A DNA stretch of 64,000 bases, from the IMG/VR virus record IMGVR_UViG_3300044630_006877. The stretch is one strand, 5' to 3'. Within the stretch, counting starts at the first letter, position 1, and each line of letters begins with the position of its first letter. Under the pieces are notes generated by a model, which worked only from the letters and a program-made list of their open reading frames with translations, did not search any database and was not told the DNA's origin. Of the stretch, positions 8,642 to 19,800 are shown one piece after another. The position numbers and the translations under genes are program-made. This DNA is from an uncultured virus (IMG/VR IMGVR_UViG_3300044630_006877). Lineage: Duplodnaviria > Heunggongvirae > Uroviricota > Caudoviricetes.

Positions 8642-10268
8642 AGGTCACGCTAAAGTTGTAACGACCGGTCGTGTAATTGAAGCCGTCAGTTATTTTTTCA
8701 ACGAACAGCTTGGGATACTCAATGGTGCTTGGGATAAGACTCAACTGAGCGAGCGCCTCAAACACATTTTCTCTGGTTGGTTTTACCGGGCGTCCATCTG
8801 TCTGATTGACCGTACCCATCACCACTTCAACAGTGATATCGCGTGTACGCCGCGTGGTATTCAACAGATTTTGAAAGATAGGCCCCTTGCCAAGCGGATT
8901 GGAGGAGTCGATCCGTCCAAGCACATCAATGGAGGCGAAGAGCGGAGTTCCGCCGTTGTCAGTAAAACTGACCTCAAAGAACTTGGCGTCGACAAACACA
9001 GTGGGGCGATACCTGTTGTTGAACTCCAGATTGTAGGTGATCGTGCCAGCCGCCTTGTTGTGGCCGATGGTTACCTGCGATGGTTTTGTCGACAGGTATT
9101 CTGATCCCAGTATCGCTACGACCCTGTCCCGTATCAGCTTGTAGTTGTTGACGGCAAGCAAATCCCACTTGGTCTTGGCTTGAACATACTTGGTTTCTGG
9201 CTGCTCAAAAGCTCCCGTCCTGGCCGGACGCAGGGCCGTGATGGTGCCGTCGATAGAAAGCGTCTTTAGGGTGGACTCTGCGGAGTCCTTGATGCTGATG
9301 CTGAACTCTTCAAGGGCGGGGATATAGTTCCCCCCCACCTTGGCCCCGAACTCATCCAGATTAGCCTTGGCCAGATCAACGATTGTCCAGTTTTCAGTAA
9401 CGCTGAACTTGCCACCGGCCTCATCAACCGTAACAGTACGGATGGCGTCGTAGGCCCTGACGGTGTCGGTCCCAGAAGCCGGTTGTTCGCTGAAGGCGTT
9501 GGTAAGAGCGCCACCCAGACCAAAATAGCTCAGGCCAGCAGGAAGATTGTTCAGCTTGAGCTTGGAGGATGGCGGATTTCCCGTCGCCGCATTGTCAACG
9601 AGGTTGGTGTCGGAGGCCAACTTCTTCAGCACGGCAGTGCGGGCGATTTCAAACCCAGGCACATTTCTGTTGGTGGTGCCACCGACCCATCGGGTTGTCG
9701 CCTGCGCGCTGGCTTGATGGCTGAGTTTGTACTTGCGAAGGCTTTCGTCCGGCTCCATCGTCCAGGACTCTTCCACGCCCACATCGTCCTCGGCATCCAT
9801 ACCGATGGTGTTGGTGCCAATCTTAAGGTAGTCTGCCTCCAGATTGATCGTGTATTCAAAGTAGTCTGTGAACGGACCTTCCGGAATGTCGATCGACTTG
9901 ACACGCGGATAACAAAGGATTGTGGAAATTGCGCCAGAAGCATCCCAGGGGGTGATTTGGAGAATGGGGCGTTCTGTCTGTGCTAGCGGCAATTTTGGCC
10001 GGAACAACTCATTAAGCTGACCAATTTTTTGTTGAATTTTTGCTTGGCGACTATTTGGAAGCACTACTTCTAGGGCGCCCTGATTGGAGTCATTCGTGTT
10101 GTTAAGAACACCACCCTTGTACGCCAGCATCCGCCCCTTCAGGGTGATGTTGAACAGATACTTCTTGACGCGACCATCTTCAAATCTGTCAATCTGGGTT
10201 GAGATAGACACGAAGGGGGCTGGCGTCAGGAGTTTTTCTTGCCCCTGTGGTCCGTAAAGAACAGGCAT
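8625..10268 (-). CDS. putative distal tail / tail-tip protein
   Basis: 547 aa, synteny downstream of the TMP, beta-rich. Confidence 0.5.
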   Translation of the reverse strand: MPVLYGPQGQEKLLTPAPFVSISTQIDRFEDGRVKKYLFNITLKGRMLAYKGGVLNNTNDSNQGALEVVLPNSRQAKIQQKIGQLNELFRPKLPLAQTERPILQITPWDASGAISTILCYPRVKSIDIPEGPFTDYFEYTINLEADYLKIGTNTIGMDAEDDVGVEESWTMEPDESLRKYKLSHQASAQATTRWVGGTTNRNVPGFEIARTAVLKKLASDTNLVDNAATGNPPSSKLKLNNLPAGLSYFGLGGALTNAFSEQPASGTDTVRAYDAIRTVTVDEAGGKFSVTENWTIVDLAKANLDEFGAKVGGNYIPALEEFSISIKDSAESTLKTLSIDGTITALRPARTGAFEQPETKYVQAKTKWDLLAVNNYKLIRDRVVAILGSEYLSTKPSQVTIGHNKAAGTITYNLEFNNRYRPTVFVDAKFFEVSFTDNGGTPLFASIDVLGRIDSSNPLGKGPIFQNLLNTTRRTRDITVEVVMGTVNQTDGRPVKPTRENVFEALAQLSLIPSTIEYPKLFVEKITDGFNYTTGRYNFSVTYAYGK

Positions 10269-10876
10269 TAAGATATCTCCCTATATCCATCCGTAATCAG
10301 ATCAACAGAGTTTGTGCCCACACCAGTGCCTGCCGTGATCATGTCCAGAGACCCCGTAGATCCAACGGGGCCGACTAAATACAATACGCAGCCACCAGTG
10401 GCCTCTTGTGCATAGCCGGTCACTGTGAGCGGCAACACAGAAGAGGTCTCTGGCGTTCTCCAAACCACTAGGTTGAGGCCTGTGCCAAACACGGGCGCTT
10501 CGATAATCAGAGGTAGTGATTCGCTGACGATCTCGGTGGCGTTGTTGACAACGAGCAACGGCATGGAGTTTGAGACTGTCTGATTCGCCCCCTCCACAAA
10601 CAGGTTCATGTTTTGCTGGCTATCAGATATATTACAAAAGATATATAAGTTTATCCCTTGTCCATATATCTTGCCGCTGATGGTTAACGGCAAACCTTTG
10701 GCCACGCCGAAATTGACGCCGAGAGTATGCAAGGGCAGGGAGTTGCCGCCAGCAGGTATTTCCGGGCCTTTGAGGAATAGGTTGAGAGGCTCCCAAGTCA
10801 AGGATTCGCCGCCGAACCCGAGGACTAGCCCCCCGGGTGCGGCGAGCACATCTCCCAGTCTTCCGGTAAAGATCAT
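10268..10876 (-). CDS. virion protein with ~15-aa LPL/LNL repeats
   Basis: Repeated LPLxxxG / LNLFxxG units; coupled to the TMP stop. Confidence 0.55.
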   Translation of the reverse strand: MIFTGRLGDVLAAPGGLVLGFGGESLTWEPLNLFLKGPEIPAGGNSLPLHTLGVNFGVAKGLPLTISGKIYGQGINLYIFCNISDSQQNMNLFVEGANQTVSNSMPLLVVNNATEIVSESLPLIIEAPVFGTGLNLVVWRTPETSSVLPLTVTGYAQEATGGCVLYLVGPVGSTGSLDMITAGTGVGTNSVDLITDGYREIS

Positions 10877-13800
10877 TATTGCGACCTCTGCTCGACCGGC
10901 TGGTTAGCGCGGATGGCTTCGGCGATCATTGGCCCGATAGCTTCGGTGACCGCCTTGACGATTGAATCCTGACCCATCAGGTTGACGCTAATCTCATTGG
11001 CGCCGGACAGTTCGATCTGGCCGGGGATCTTGCCCACCGCCTCGTCGAACTTGTCGACAAAGGTGCCGAAGCTTGCCACGGCCCCGTTGAAGGTACTAAC
11101 CGAGGTGGAGAAGCCGGACAGTCCCTGGCTGATCTGAGTGGCGGCTTGGTTGAATTTGGCGGCGACGTCAAGAAGCTCAGGCCCACCACCCTGCGCCATT
11201 CCCCCGTTGGCGAATCCTTGGATGCCGCCCACGACTCCACCATTGGCGAATTTCTGGACGTGCTTCTTGGGGACGACCAGTTCTCCAGGTTCAAGCATGG
11301 CGGGGACGGTGTCTCCAGAACCAATACCGGGCACAATTCCGCCAGCGGCTTTCTTGGTTAAGTTGGCTTCGGCACTTTGTCTCATCCGAGCGGCTCGAAT
11401 CGCCTTGTCTATTTCTGTGCCGCCCTGATCCTGGGTTTTTTGTCGCTCCGCTTCCTTTCTTGCCCTTTCTTCTGCTATCGCTATATCCGCACCAGTCAAA
11501 CCTGGCTTTTGGGCTTCATTTAGTTCTTTTTGGCGCCTTATTTCTTTGTCTATCTGTGTTGGCCTCCCCATAGCAAACTTGCTTCTTTTCACGGGGTCGT
11601 CTGATTCAAAATCTGCATTTGACGCCAAGTATTCTCTTATAAATTTTTCTTTGTCGGAAATTCCTGGTTCATCAATTATCCTATCAGAAAATTTACTTTC
11701 TAATAATTTGTTGTAGCCTGTTAAATCAACGGGTGCTCCGTCACCTTTGGCGTATGATCTTTCCGCATGTACTCTGTGAAGCTCTGGGCCTTGGTATTTA
11801 GGAAGCCATGAATATTTTACATTTGGCCCCTCTGCTTGTTTTTTTTCGGCATATTTTAAACCTCTTGCTTCTTTTATTGCTTTGTCTACCGCTGTTAATT
11901 CTGATTCTTTTTTCGTCCCAAACTTGTTTTTATCAATATCTTCCAGCCTAGCTTTTTCAGCTGCTCGTACTTTTGCGTTATGTTCTTTTACGGCTTCTGG
12001 ACCGCTGATTTTTTCACCATATTTTTCTTTCATCTTTGCGTTATGTTCCGAAACAGCTTCTGGACCAGTAGGTTTCTTGCCGTACTTTTTCTCCATCGCT
12101 GTATTGTGCTCGGCAACGGCTTCTGGGCCATTTTTTATAACGCTATCATTTACTCTTCTATTGTGTGCTTGAACCGCTATTCGTTTTTCTTGCCATTCTC
12201 TTTCTATAATTTCATTATTTGCTGGCTTTTTTTCTTCAATCATCGCTGCCCGTAGGGCTTGTGGCGGAATCGACCTGGCAGCCAAAACGTACTCTTCATA
12301 CATTTCTTTTGCAAGAAGCCTGTCTTTGTAATTTGCTTTTGGGTTGTTCATTACTTGACGATGTCTTTTAGCCGCTTCCAGAAAATCCTTGGGGGACTCT
12401 TGGAATTTAGCCAATGCTTCTTGCGCACTCAACATTCTTTGCGCGGCGTCAGCCTGTACCACAAAAGGATTCGTCAGTTCGGCGTGAAGCTCTCGAAATT
12501 TAGCGATGTCTTCTTTGCTGCGAACCCTACTCTTTGTGAGCTTGTTTCGCAGCTGGTAATACTCAGTCTTTTTGTCGGCGAGAGCAAACCGATCGAGGTC
12601 TATTTTGTTAGCGCCCATAGCCTGTTGAAATTCTTGCTCGACCCCCATCTGATTCTGTGGGCCAGCGTGCAACGGAATGGCGCCAGCGTTCGCGTTGGCC
12701 CCAAAAGGCATCGCTTTGTTTTGCATGGCGCCTTGATTGATCGGCATCCCAGCAGCCCAAGGATTGGCGCCGTTAGGCATGAAAACCCACTGCCCATTTT
12801 GATTGGGGACGCCGCCACCAAATACTGCGGCGCCCTGAGCGTTTACCTTTTTCCCGCCGGGTTGGCCGCCCGGCACATCGCCTCCATAGAAGTAGCCAGG
12901 CAGCTTTCCGTTTTGGTTGATGTAGTCCAGCTTGCCCTTGCCTATCTTGGACGACTCGTCTGGCGTGAAGATATGTTCGCCAGGCATGACCATGGCCGGG
13001 ACGACACCGCCGGTGGCCATGTGCGGCAACGAGGCAAGGGTGTCAGCCCCTAGTTTGTTGACCGAGGATTTGCGAATCACATAGCTGCCTACCGGCAGAT
13101 TGGCGCGGACGGAGTCGGTGTTACCAACACCTGGAACTAAGCCGCCAGAGGCGAATTTGATGAGTCCGCCGTTGGCTTTTTTCTCTTTGCCGCCACCCAT
13201 TTCTCCCGCTTCGTTTGCGTCAAAAATTCCGGGCTTTTTGGGTTGAACTCCTGCGTCAGCAGGTTTGCCTCCAGTCAGGTTCTTGTCTTTGAATACGGCG
13301 AACACCCCAGGTATTTTAGTTGGCGTACCGAAGTGGCTCATCACCATCTCGATGAGCGCTGCTTCGTTGGCGTAAGCTTCCGCGCCCTTTTCTTCGGCGG
13401 CGGACATTCTGGCGTTGATCAGTCCGGGATTGGCAGACAGGAACTGTCCCATCCTGTTCAAGCCAGCACGATTTTTCTTGTCTTGAACTTGATCGTAGGC
13501 TTTTGTTTTTGCTTGACTTTCAAGAGAAATCAAATAAGCGTACTTTTCGGCTTCGTTTAAATTGCCTGGCTTTTTACCCTCGGAAACTTTCTCCATCATG
13601 ACTTCAAGATAAGCGCGCTGCAACAAAGAAAACTTGTTCTTGTCGCGCGCATAAATGGCTATTTCTTCGGAAGTTAAGTTGCCATCTTCCGCGAAACGAG
13701 GAAAATTAAATTGCTCCTTCTGATTAATATCAAGACCATTTTCTCTAATTGACGCCTTGAGAGGCTCAAGATATTTTGCTTGGAGGGCTGGATTCAACTG

Positions 13801-16800
13801 ATTGAACAATTCAGCTTCGCGAGCAAGGTTTTGCGCCTTGATAACTCCCAGCATATCTTTTCGACCCAATTCCATTGGGTTGATTGCGCCGACAGCTTTA
13901 CTTAATTGATCCTGTGGTGTTGAAAAAACCTTGATTCTTCTATCATTGACCTTTTTTTCAATTTCCTCTTTGGCCTTGACCATGCCAAAGTTCTTTTCTT
14001 TCTCTTTTTTTACTTCTTCCAATTGTGCGTTGATAACGCCCTTGATTGATTCTTCGTAATCAAACGCAATCGGCGGTATCAATGTTTTATTTCTGATAGC
14101 TTTAAAAGCTTCGTTTGTGTCTGCCATGAATTCCTGTTTGGTTGGTGATAAGGAATTGATGCCGCTTTGCCAGGCATTTTTCTCGAAGTGCTTTTCGATG
14201 TTGCCGCTGTAAATGTCCTTAATTATTTGAGCCTTATTCCTTTTTTGGCCTTTGACATTCCTTTTTTTCCGTGGGTCGTTGCGAAATTCTTCAATTTCAT
14301 TGGTGGTGTAAGTTATGCCATCGACCGTGCGAAATTGAGCAAAAACAGAATCAGGAATATTCTTATCCAATTTATCACCAAAAAAATGATCATATCTATC
14401 TTTATTTATTTTGATCAGACTCTGGCTAAGAACACTATCTCCAGTACCTATTAAAATGGCTTGATTTGAATCCCTGTAATTTTCATGATTTAGATTAAAT
14501 CTACCCGCCAATTTTTGACGAATATCTGGAATTTCTTGAATAATTTTTTCCTCATTGCCAATTCTTTCAGCCCCCGTCAAAGAAAGAGCTACGGCTCTAG
14601 CTTTCACAGCATCATGGATTTTTTCTGCGTCCGGCAGTAGATTTTGGTAAGCTGGGGCGTTTTTCTTTTCCTGAAACTCTTTTGTTTCTTTTTCGTAACT
14701 CTTTTGAAGTTCGCGTTTTTCCTTGATGTTGTTGAGAGCGTCAACTATCCCTTCCTGAAAAGGATTCTGTGGTCCATCCTTAAGAGTCTTGATTTGTTCG
14801 TCGATTAACTTTTCACGCTGATCCTTAGGCATGTCTTTCAGCTGCACAAGAAACATCGCGGCAGAATTGATTCGCGCAAGCCTTTTGGCCTCGTTGATCT
14901 CTTTCTCGCCGCCAATCATCTTGCCTTGCCGGGATAAAATGCTTTTGGCGTTATTCAAGTTGCCATAAATTTCGTCAACGATACCGCCGTCAGCCATCCC
15001 CACAAGGCCGCCGCCATTGATTTTCTCAAGAAGGTTTTTGTTCCTCTGGGCTGGACCAGCCGCGACCACGAACTCGTTTGGATTAATTCTGGCGTTGACG
15101 GTGTCGGCTCCGTGTGGGGTGGTGCTACCGCCACTGCCCCAGCCGCCCTTGTTGAAGAACCTAACCAGACCACCGTTCGCCTTTTTTTCTGGTTCGGCCA
15201 GCTTTTTTAATTTGTCTTTCGCTGCTTCAAGCTGTTTGCCAAAATCCTCAAATTTTCCACCGAAGGTTTCGACAGCTTTGATCGCGGTTTCCAAGTCAGC
15301 AAAATTCGACTTGCCGAATGCTTTTTCGGATTCCATCGCTATGTTATTGAGAATCTTTGGGTCTATCTTGGCGCCACCATTGTTTAACAATTTTCTTTCG
15401 GAAATATCAGACATCACCCGGGCGGTATTAGCTCGACCGCTAATAACATCCTTTAGAGTTACTCTTAGCGCTTCTTGAACGTCGTTGGTCCTGTCCTTAA
15501 ATTTGCCGCCACCCTTCTCGCCAAGGTTTATTTTAAACCTTTCAAAAACTTCTTTTTGGAGGTCGCCGCTGAGGCCCATATCCTCAAGGCGACGCAGAAC
15601 TACTCCCATGGAGGTCCCGCCTACAGTGCCAAGGTCTTGTCCGCCGATATCCCTATTGATGTTTTGAGAAAACAAATCCAACATTTCAGGTGTCGATATC
15701 TCTTTTAGTGTCGCATCAAGGCCAGCCGCCTCATTTCTTTTGGCGACCACTTGCTTGAGGTCGGCATTGATCTTGGGATTTTTTACCAGAGCCTTGAGCA
15801 CTTCAAACTGCTCGTTGTCTTTGATGCCGATATTACCCAACATCGACAATTCGCCGCCGCCCTTTTCGAGCTTGGAGACTTCTTCAGAAGCCCTCAGGAT
15901 GAGGGTTTGCTTCATCAGTTCGGCTGTTTCTTTGTTGATTTTCGCAAGCTCAGATAGGAATTTTGTCTGACTATTTTCCAATCTCCCAAACAGTTCAGAC
16001 ATCAAATTGGTCTGATTGTCCACTTGCAGTTGAGCCGCTCGGGATGCCACCTCGTAATTCTGCTGGACAAAATTCTCAAGCGCCCGCTCCATAGCGGCGG
16101 TTTGTGGGTCCAGACTGAAAGCGCCGCCGAATGTCGTGTCCAATAATTGCGAGGTGATATCCTTGACTGTGGCCCCACCCAGGCCTTGCAGGCGCATTTG
16201 CGGCGACAGCGAAGAGAGCAGGCTGAAGATTTGATTTTGATCGCGAGCTGTGAATGGCGCAGCCGTGCCCATTTTGGCGGCACTGCTCAACAGACCGAAC
16301 GCCTTGGCGATTTCGGCGCGACCCTCGATGTTCGAGGTGGCGTATCGCATCCCCAGAGACTGGCGTCCTTCCCGCTCATTTTGGATCTTGCCGAGCTTTT
16401 CTTGGGCAGCGGCATTGCGTTCGCTAGTGTCGGTCAAGTTTTTGAGGGCTTGATTGAGGTCTGCCGCCCTCCCTTTCAAATTAGCCAGTTCCGTTATGGC
16501 CTGATTGGAGGCGTTTATGTTCTTGCCTTTTGACAATTCGTCGACATTCCGCTCGGCCTTCTTGATTTTTGCCACGACTCCCTGAAGGGCGTCAAAGATC
16601 ATGTCTGGATTCTGAGCGTCGGCGACGGCTTGCTGATTGGGGAAAGCGTTCCCGTTGCCAAAATTGGTCAAGCGATTTTGACGCAGTTGCTGCTGACGCA
16701 GCGCCAGGTTAAAGATGTCGGTTTCAGCGGCTGATTCAGGAACTTGCCCGCGCTTGGCGGAAATTTGAACGCCATTGCGCACGGCGGCAATTTCAGCATC

Positions 16801-19800
16801 GTTGGCGGCATCCATCATCTCGCCCTTTTGGCGAGTCCTGCGGGCCATGTCGGCTATTTGATCGGCAAAGTCTTTCGCGCGATCATCCATCAGCTTTGAC
16901 ATTTTTTCTGAGTTGCGCGTCAATGGTTCGACAATTGGCTTGAGCAGGGTATCGACCATCTTGGTCATATCCTGCCCGCTTTCACGCAACATCTTGCTGA
17001 AATCTTCCTCGCCCAGTTGGCTTTGAACCATTCCAACAACAGAAGAAGAAACGCCTGCGTCCATACCTTTGGCAGTCAAGGCTTTTTGCAAAGTGTCGCC
17101 GACCTGGATGCCAAAGTTTTCACCCCTCGCCAGATTCGCCACTGGCTGAGAGCGGATGACTGCTATGATACCAGGAAGAAGCGTGCCAGCCATCGTGGCT
17201 GTTTCAGCCTGTTTGACAACGTCATCGTTATTTCCGGTGATGTCAGTGATGGTCTTGATGGCGTTGACAAAGTCTTCCCTGCCAGCCCCAAAAGGTTGCC
17301 GCAAAGACGAGGCCAGCCCAGACCCCATGAACGGTCCAATGTTGGAGTCCATTACGTCTGTGACATTTTTGCTGGCGGTCGACATCTCCATTAGCTTTTG
17401 CGTGGAAATTTCCAAGGCGGTGCTCAGATTGCCAAACAAAACAGCAGACTGATTAATTTTGGACGAAGACTGTTCCTGCTTGTTGCGAATAGCCTCGTTG
17501 TCGGCGATTCTCTTGAACATGTCAAGCATCTTCCCCCTGACGAGATTGATGTCCTGACCAGTGGCCGAAGCAATCTGACCCAGTTGAGCGCGGCCAAAAC
17601 CGCCATTTTCCATCAGAACATCATCAAACGCCTTCTTGCGGCTCTCCTCATTCATGTTGGCGCCGTTGCCAATTTCTTTTTTCGCCCGATCCTCGATAAT
17701 TTTACTTAGTGCATCCATCCTGGCTGGAACTTGCTGTGCCGCAGTTTCTTTACGGGCACTGAACACGCTATCTTGAAGTTCTCTATTTGAATAAAGCGGC
17801 ATATAAAAGGTCGAAAGCTGATTTGCCGCTTTTAGTGGCTGTTCCTTGTCGACGATGCTTTCCTGGTCTCGCAAATATCCAGCATTAAAATTGACAGTTC
17901 CCTTCGCAAAATTCATTAAGTATTCATCTATCTTTTTGATAGATTCGCCAATTTTTACATTTGATACTTCAATTTCTGCATCCTTCAGGGCGGACACGAA
18001 ACCAGCCAATCCGCCAACAACCCCTCCCAAGGCTCCCAGGATCATGGGGGCTTTTGAGTCTGGTCCACCTATGCTGTGTCCAGCAAAAGCACCAGAACCT
18101 ATGCCGGTTCCAATGCCAGAAATAGCGCCACCCAAACCTTTTTTATCCACAAAGGAACCGTCTTCTCCGCCTCGGGCAGCGTCCTCAGCATTTCCGGCGC
18201 TTCTTGAGACCGCGTCGCCAATATATGCTCCGGCTACGGAAATACCTGCTATGGCCATGTCCAAGTTCAGGAAGGTTTTCTTGAGCGATTCAAATGTTGT
18301 TTTGACAATATCGCCGATTGAGCTTTTTCCAGTTACTCCGGAGTCGAGCAATCCCTTGTCGTAAATTTTATTGCCTTTGCGAACGACCTTGGTGTTCTCG
18401 TCGATCGCCTTAATTCTCATTTCTTCAGCTATGATCAAGGCGTCGTCCATGCTTGTCAACTGGCGGGCTTTCTGAACTTGGCTAGAAATCGTTGTGAGAT
18501 ACTGATTTTTTATGTTTATTTCAGCCTCTTCCATAGCCCTCCGTTTGGACACGTCGCTAAGACCCATGCCTTTTGGGTCTTTCTTTTTGATAATGCTTTC
18601 GTATTCCGTAGCGACCAGATCCCCGTAGCTACCAGACGGTGGGCGGCTCGACCTGTTTGCGACGTTGGCGTCAACAACCTTGTTGCCAAGAGAATCAGTC
18701 TTGGTCATGACCAGGGTGTGGTTATGAAGATTCTTGTTGAACTCCTCGGTAGCGATTGCCCTGGCGGCTTCCAGACTATTGATCTTTCTTTCGGTCATGA
18801 TGATCTGCGCCATGCCGTCGGCGTATTCCCGGCGCAGTTTGTTGGTCTCTTCCTCGATCATCGCAGCCTTGGTGATCTCAGAAAGGCCCCTGCCGCCACC
18901 AATCGGGTCTATTTTAGCCATTGAGTCTGAAATGCGATTTTGACGCAGTTGGGCAAGCGTCAACCCGCCGCTCGGAAGTCCTGGAGGAGCTTCCGGTGGA
19001 CCTGCCCCATATCTTCCAGCATCTCCACCAAACCTAATCCCTTTTCTTCCCACGTCATCTTTAATAAAAGAGGCGTTCATTCCGTCAAAATCTTTCAATT
19101 GAACTTCAGCGTTTTTCCCGGCTTCTTTGGCCTGTTTTCCATAAGTTTCAGCCATCAATTGATTTTGAGTCATTCCACGAGATAAAGATTCTTTTGCGGC
19201 ATCGCGAATAGAAAATTTACCATTCTCATCAGACAAGTATTGTTTTTCTTCCAGGCCAGTCGCACTATTAATAGTTTTGACTGTTTCTTTTAGTTGATCC
19301 ATGGTTTTTTTAAGTTCTGGACCAACCGACGGATCAAGCCTGGATAATTCTTTCAATGAGTTGACTTTGTCAACAATGGCTGGTAAATTTTTAATTGAAT
19401 CAGAACGAAGTGAATATTCGCTTTGCAATGCTTGAGACTTAAATTGTTCGTCTTTTGTGTTTTTAAAATTATTGGCTTTGTCAAAAATATTGTTAGATTG
19501 TTCTTTGGCTAATCTTCTTCTCTCTCCTACGTCAAGATCAGGCCGTGTCGACTGCAAGCTTTCATAAATGCTTTTCTGTAGAAGTTTCTTGGTGTCTCTG
19601 TTTTTTGACATGTCGCCCAGAAGATTGGCAAAATCTTCTTGCTTCAATTCTTCTGTGACAGAAGCTCCAAAGCCGACTTTGTTTTTATTTTTGGCAATAT
19701 CGTTCAGCTCGCGCCCATAGTCACGAGTATTGTTTAGGACAACGCCATTTGGTGAGGTGATCTGTTTACTGGGGGCGGCCGGGTTCATTCCGACATCAAT